Notes under the pieces: generated by a model
Told to the model about the DNA's origin: nothing
What the model saw: the letters and a program-made list of their open reading frames with translations, nothing else
Database searches by the model: none
From: Hypanus sabinus
Taxonomy: Eukaryota
NCBI RefSeq assembly: GCF_030144855.1
Contig: NC_082712.1
Span: forward strand, 148,552,001-148,616,000
Length of the DNA: 64,000 nucleotides
Reading direction: 5' to 3'
Position numbers and translations under genes: made by a program
Part shown: piece by piece, positions 61,238-64,000 of the stretch
Numbering within the stretch: the stretch's first letter is position 1
How the letters are laid out: every line of letters starts with the position of its first letter

Positions 61238-63744
61238 TTCACGTTTTATTTCCCGAGTGCTAAATTAAAATATTTCAAAATCAACCAAACATGTTTATTG
61301 TTGGAAGGATGATGATGTTGATCTTCACTGCTGGTTGATTGACACCACAAAAGTCCATGGTGAAGTACTATATTATGATGCCTCTCTGAAAAAATGTTCT
61401 TGTTTCCTTGACAAAAATGTATTTGGCTGCTTTTAGATTTTATGTTATTATTTCATGGTGAAAATGGAAGATAAAATGCAGCCAGTGATTACTGCAGCCA
61501 ATACTAATCCAGTGGCTCAAACTGATCCTTCCCGTCAGGAAGACAGAAAGCATGGGGAGTACTGATGGAGCTTCACCATTGTCCAGCTCAGCATTGAGAA
61601 ATGACTACTTCCAACACTCAGGCCTCTTGCTTCAACATGTGCTGTTTCCGTAGCACTGGGCCTGGGTCCCAAAATAGGTGGCTGCAAGTTTGATTCTCCG
61701 AGTTTTTTAATATTTAGTTTTGTTGTCAATTTCTCATGCCATTCTTGGAGATTTTGTTTCATTGTTACTAACTTCATAGGAGATCTGCTAGTGTTTTTAT
61801 GTATAACATTGATTTTTGGTTTGTAGTTTCTAGCACACTTTGTATAAATGTTGCCTTACAACATTCTTTTTGGCTCTGGACACTTTTCTTTTAAAATGAC
61901 AATCAGCACCTACAGATAAATAATTTCTGGTTCTGAAAGCTGAGCTACACTCCCACTAATAGTTTTTTTACGAACACAATAAATTGCAGACAGCATATAC
62001 CATTAGCGACTTTGGAGATATGGCATAGAGCTTTTAAAAATTTGGCCAGGTGTGATAAATGTCCTAACATCTAAATACAAAAGAAAATCGCATCTTCTAA
62101 TGTCACAGGAATGGAGTTAGGCCCAGAATACTAACATACTGTGTCACAAATACTTTATTTACTTAGTAGAGAACTCTTTTCTTAGTGCCAGTGTATTTTC
62201 CTTAGGTTACTCTGAAAAGAAATATAAAAGTACCAGATCCCAAAAAATAAATACCAGCACATTCACCTTTAACCATATCCTGCAATGTAAAATCAAGAAC
62301 TAACTGAATGCAACCTTTGGAGTCTTTATATATATGTTCATTATAGTAGTATATTGGCATCAAAAAGCTGGAAAGAGGTTCTTAAAAGTAATGTGCACAC
62401 AAGTTGATGTTATTACTCTATTGAAGGACTGAAAAAAATGTGACTAAGAAAAAAACCAAATATCCTTTATTGCACGAGGACAATGCAAATTTAAATTGTT
62501 CTCAGCTGAAATCTGATTTGGTAATGGGCAATCCACGGTTCTTTTTAGGTAAATTGTATTTTATGACAAATGTAATTGATTAATTTTGTTAAAGTAATGG
62601 ATAATCTCATATTGATAGACTTTTTTGGAGAATACGGAGCTGTAATGCAGGATTTTGACTCAGAATACCAACAACTCCTTTCCTATCACAGAAGTTGCTT
62701 GACTTGCTGAGTTTCTCCAGCAGCTTGTCTGATGTTCTTTTTTAAAGACACATATGGAATTTATTTCAATTTTGTTGAATACAGTGCTCATAAGAGTCAC
62801 AGCGATTAGATGTAATTGTAGTGCAATCTGCAGTGTTAGTTTATCAACTGTTTTTAGCATTTCACTCGGATACAAAGCAAATTTTGAAATTAATCACTAT
62901 TCAATAGGTCAAAACCGTCATCAATGTTAATGAATAAGATCAGTGTTTATTCACAGCACCTATTTAATTAAAGGTCATAGAAGATGTTAAGCAGCTCAAA
63001 AGAAAGACAAAATGTTCTGGAGTTACTCTGCAGGTCATTCAGTATCTGTTATGAGAGAAATTGGGTAAATGCCTCGAGTTAAATATCCTTCATTATCATT
63101 TTGTGGATTATTGTAGCTCGTGGAGGATGTTACGATGAACGTGCCTTAGCATGCATTTTGAAAATTCTGTGTATTGAAATGTATTTTGTCAAAATTTGCT
63201 TTGCTTTTTTAAAATAAAGATTTCAAACTTTCAAAGAGTTGGTTACGAGTAATTTGTAACTTACAGCACCAATGATGTATTTGGCATTTCTACAATTCAA
63301 GTGATGTTTTGTGACTGAGAAAGTTGACTGCTAAAACCAGAATACATCTATACCTCGGATCCCTTAGACTCGCAGAGGTCTTACTTGTTATGTCCTGAAC
63401 AGAATTTGCTTTGGGTCTCATTTGACTGCGACTGGTGACCTACAATCACTGTTTTCTTACTGCTACTTGTTGTCTCTTACATTACGATATTGGTTGGATC
63501 CAATACCCATGTTCAGAAAAAAAGACAAAGCAGGGATAGTGGGCATGGGGAACTTTAAACAGGGCAGTGAATCTAGTAAGAATGCTCCTTTACTGCTGCT
63601 GTGTGAATCTATCACAAAATAACCTAGGTTAGGAATTCATTACAAAACTCAAAATTAATTCAAAGCTTGCACTTTATTGTCTCTACCCAAATATTAACAT
63701 AACTACATTGACCCCAGGCCAACTACTTATGTTATGAATGCTGT

Positions 63745-64000
63745 TGTTCCCTTTAGAACCATAGAACATTACAGCACAGAAACAGGCCTTTTGGCCCTCC
63801 TTGGCTGTGCTGAACCATTTTTCTGCTTAGTCCCACTGACCTGCACCTGGACCATATCCCTCCATACATCCCTCATCCATGTACCTGTCCAAGTTTTTCT
63901 TAAATGTTAAAAGTGAGCCCACATTTACCACTTCATCTGGCAGCTCATTCCACACTCCCACCACTCTCTGTGTGAAGAAGCCCCCCACTCATGTTCCATT
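63745..64000 (-). mobile_element. CR1 LINE 3' end
   Basis: AGAACCATAGAACATTACAGCACAGAAACAGGCC tail and CTCATTCCACACTCCCACCACTCTCTGTGTGAAG, as in the other CR1 3' ends here. Confidence 0.8.

Noticed and set aside
60581-64000. RAG2 coding sequence on the minus strand
   Set aside because: No long minus-strand ORF or kelch/PHD motifs; RAG2 presumably lies beyond the window.

Overview
Vertebrate genomic DNA, most likely a cartilaginous fish and probably a ray. This is inferred from an intronless RAG1 ORF of chondrichthyan type and from CR1, Rex1, Penelope and V-SINE/HE1-type repeats. Two host genes lie on the + strand: the last three coding exons of NDUFS3 (5206-9268) and the complete RAG1 coding exon (57443-60580). 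The ~48 kb between them is mostly decayed transposons. It also holds two LTR elements in the same orientation as RAG1. The first is a very young Gypsy-type retrotransposon (37151-41356) with 214-bp LTRs differing at one base, a GTAT target duplication, a tRNA-Trp primer site and a textbook -1 frameshift pseudoknot. The second is an internally deleted class III (ERV-L/ERV-S-like) endogenous retrovirus (42695-47298) with a gamma-type env, a tRNA-Ser primer site and signs of recombination. Other notable items are a hAT transposase remnant, a hAT non-autonomous element with a perfect 8-bp TSD, a 22/25-bp minisatellite, a gapless 80-nt palindrome, lymphoid TF-motif clusters flanking RAG1, and a 310-nt assembly gap. 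RAG2 and TRAF6 were not seen. Family assignments come from motif recognition by eye, and boundaries of degenerate repeats are approximate.
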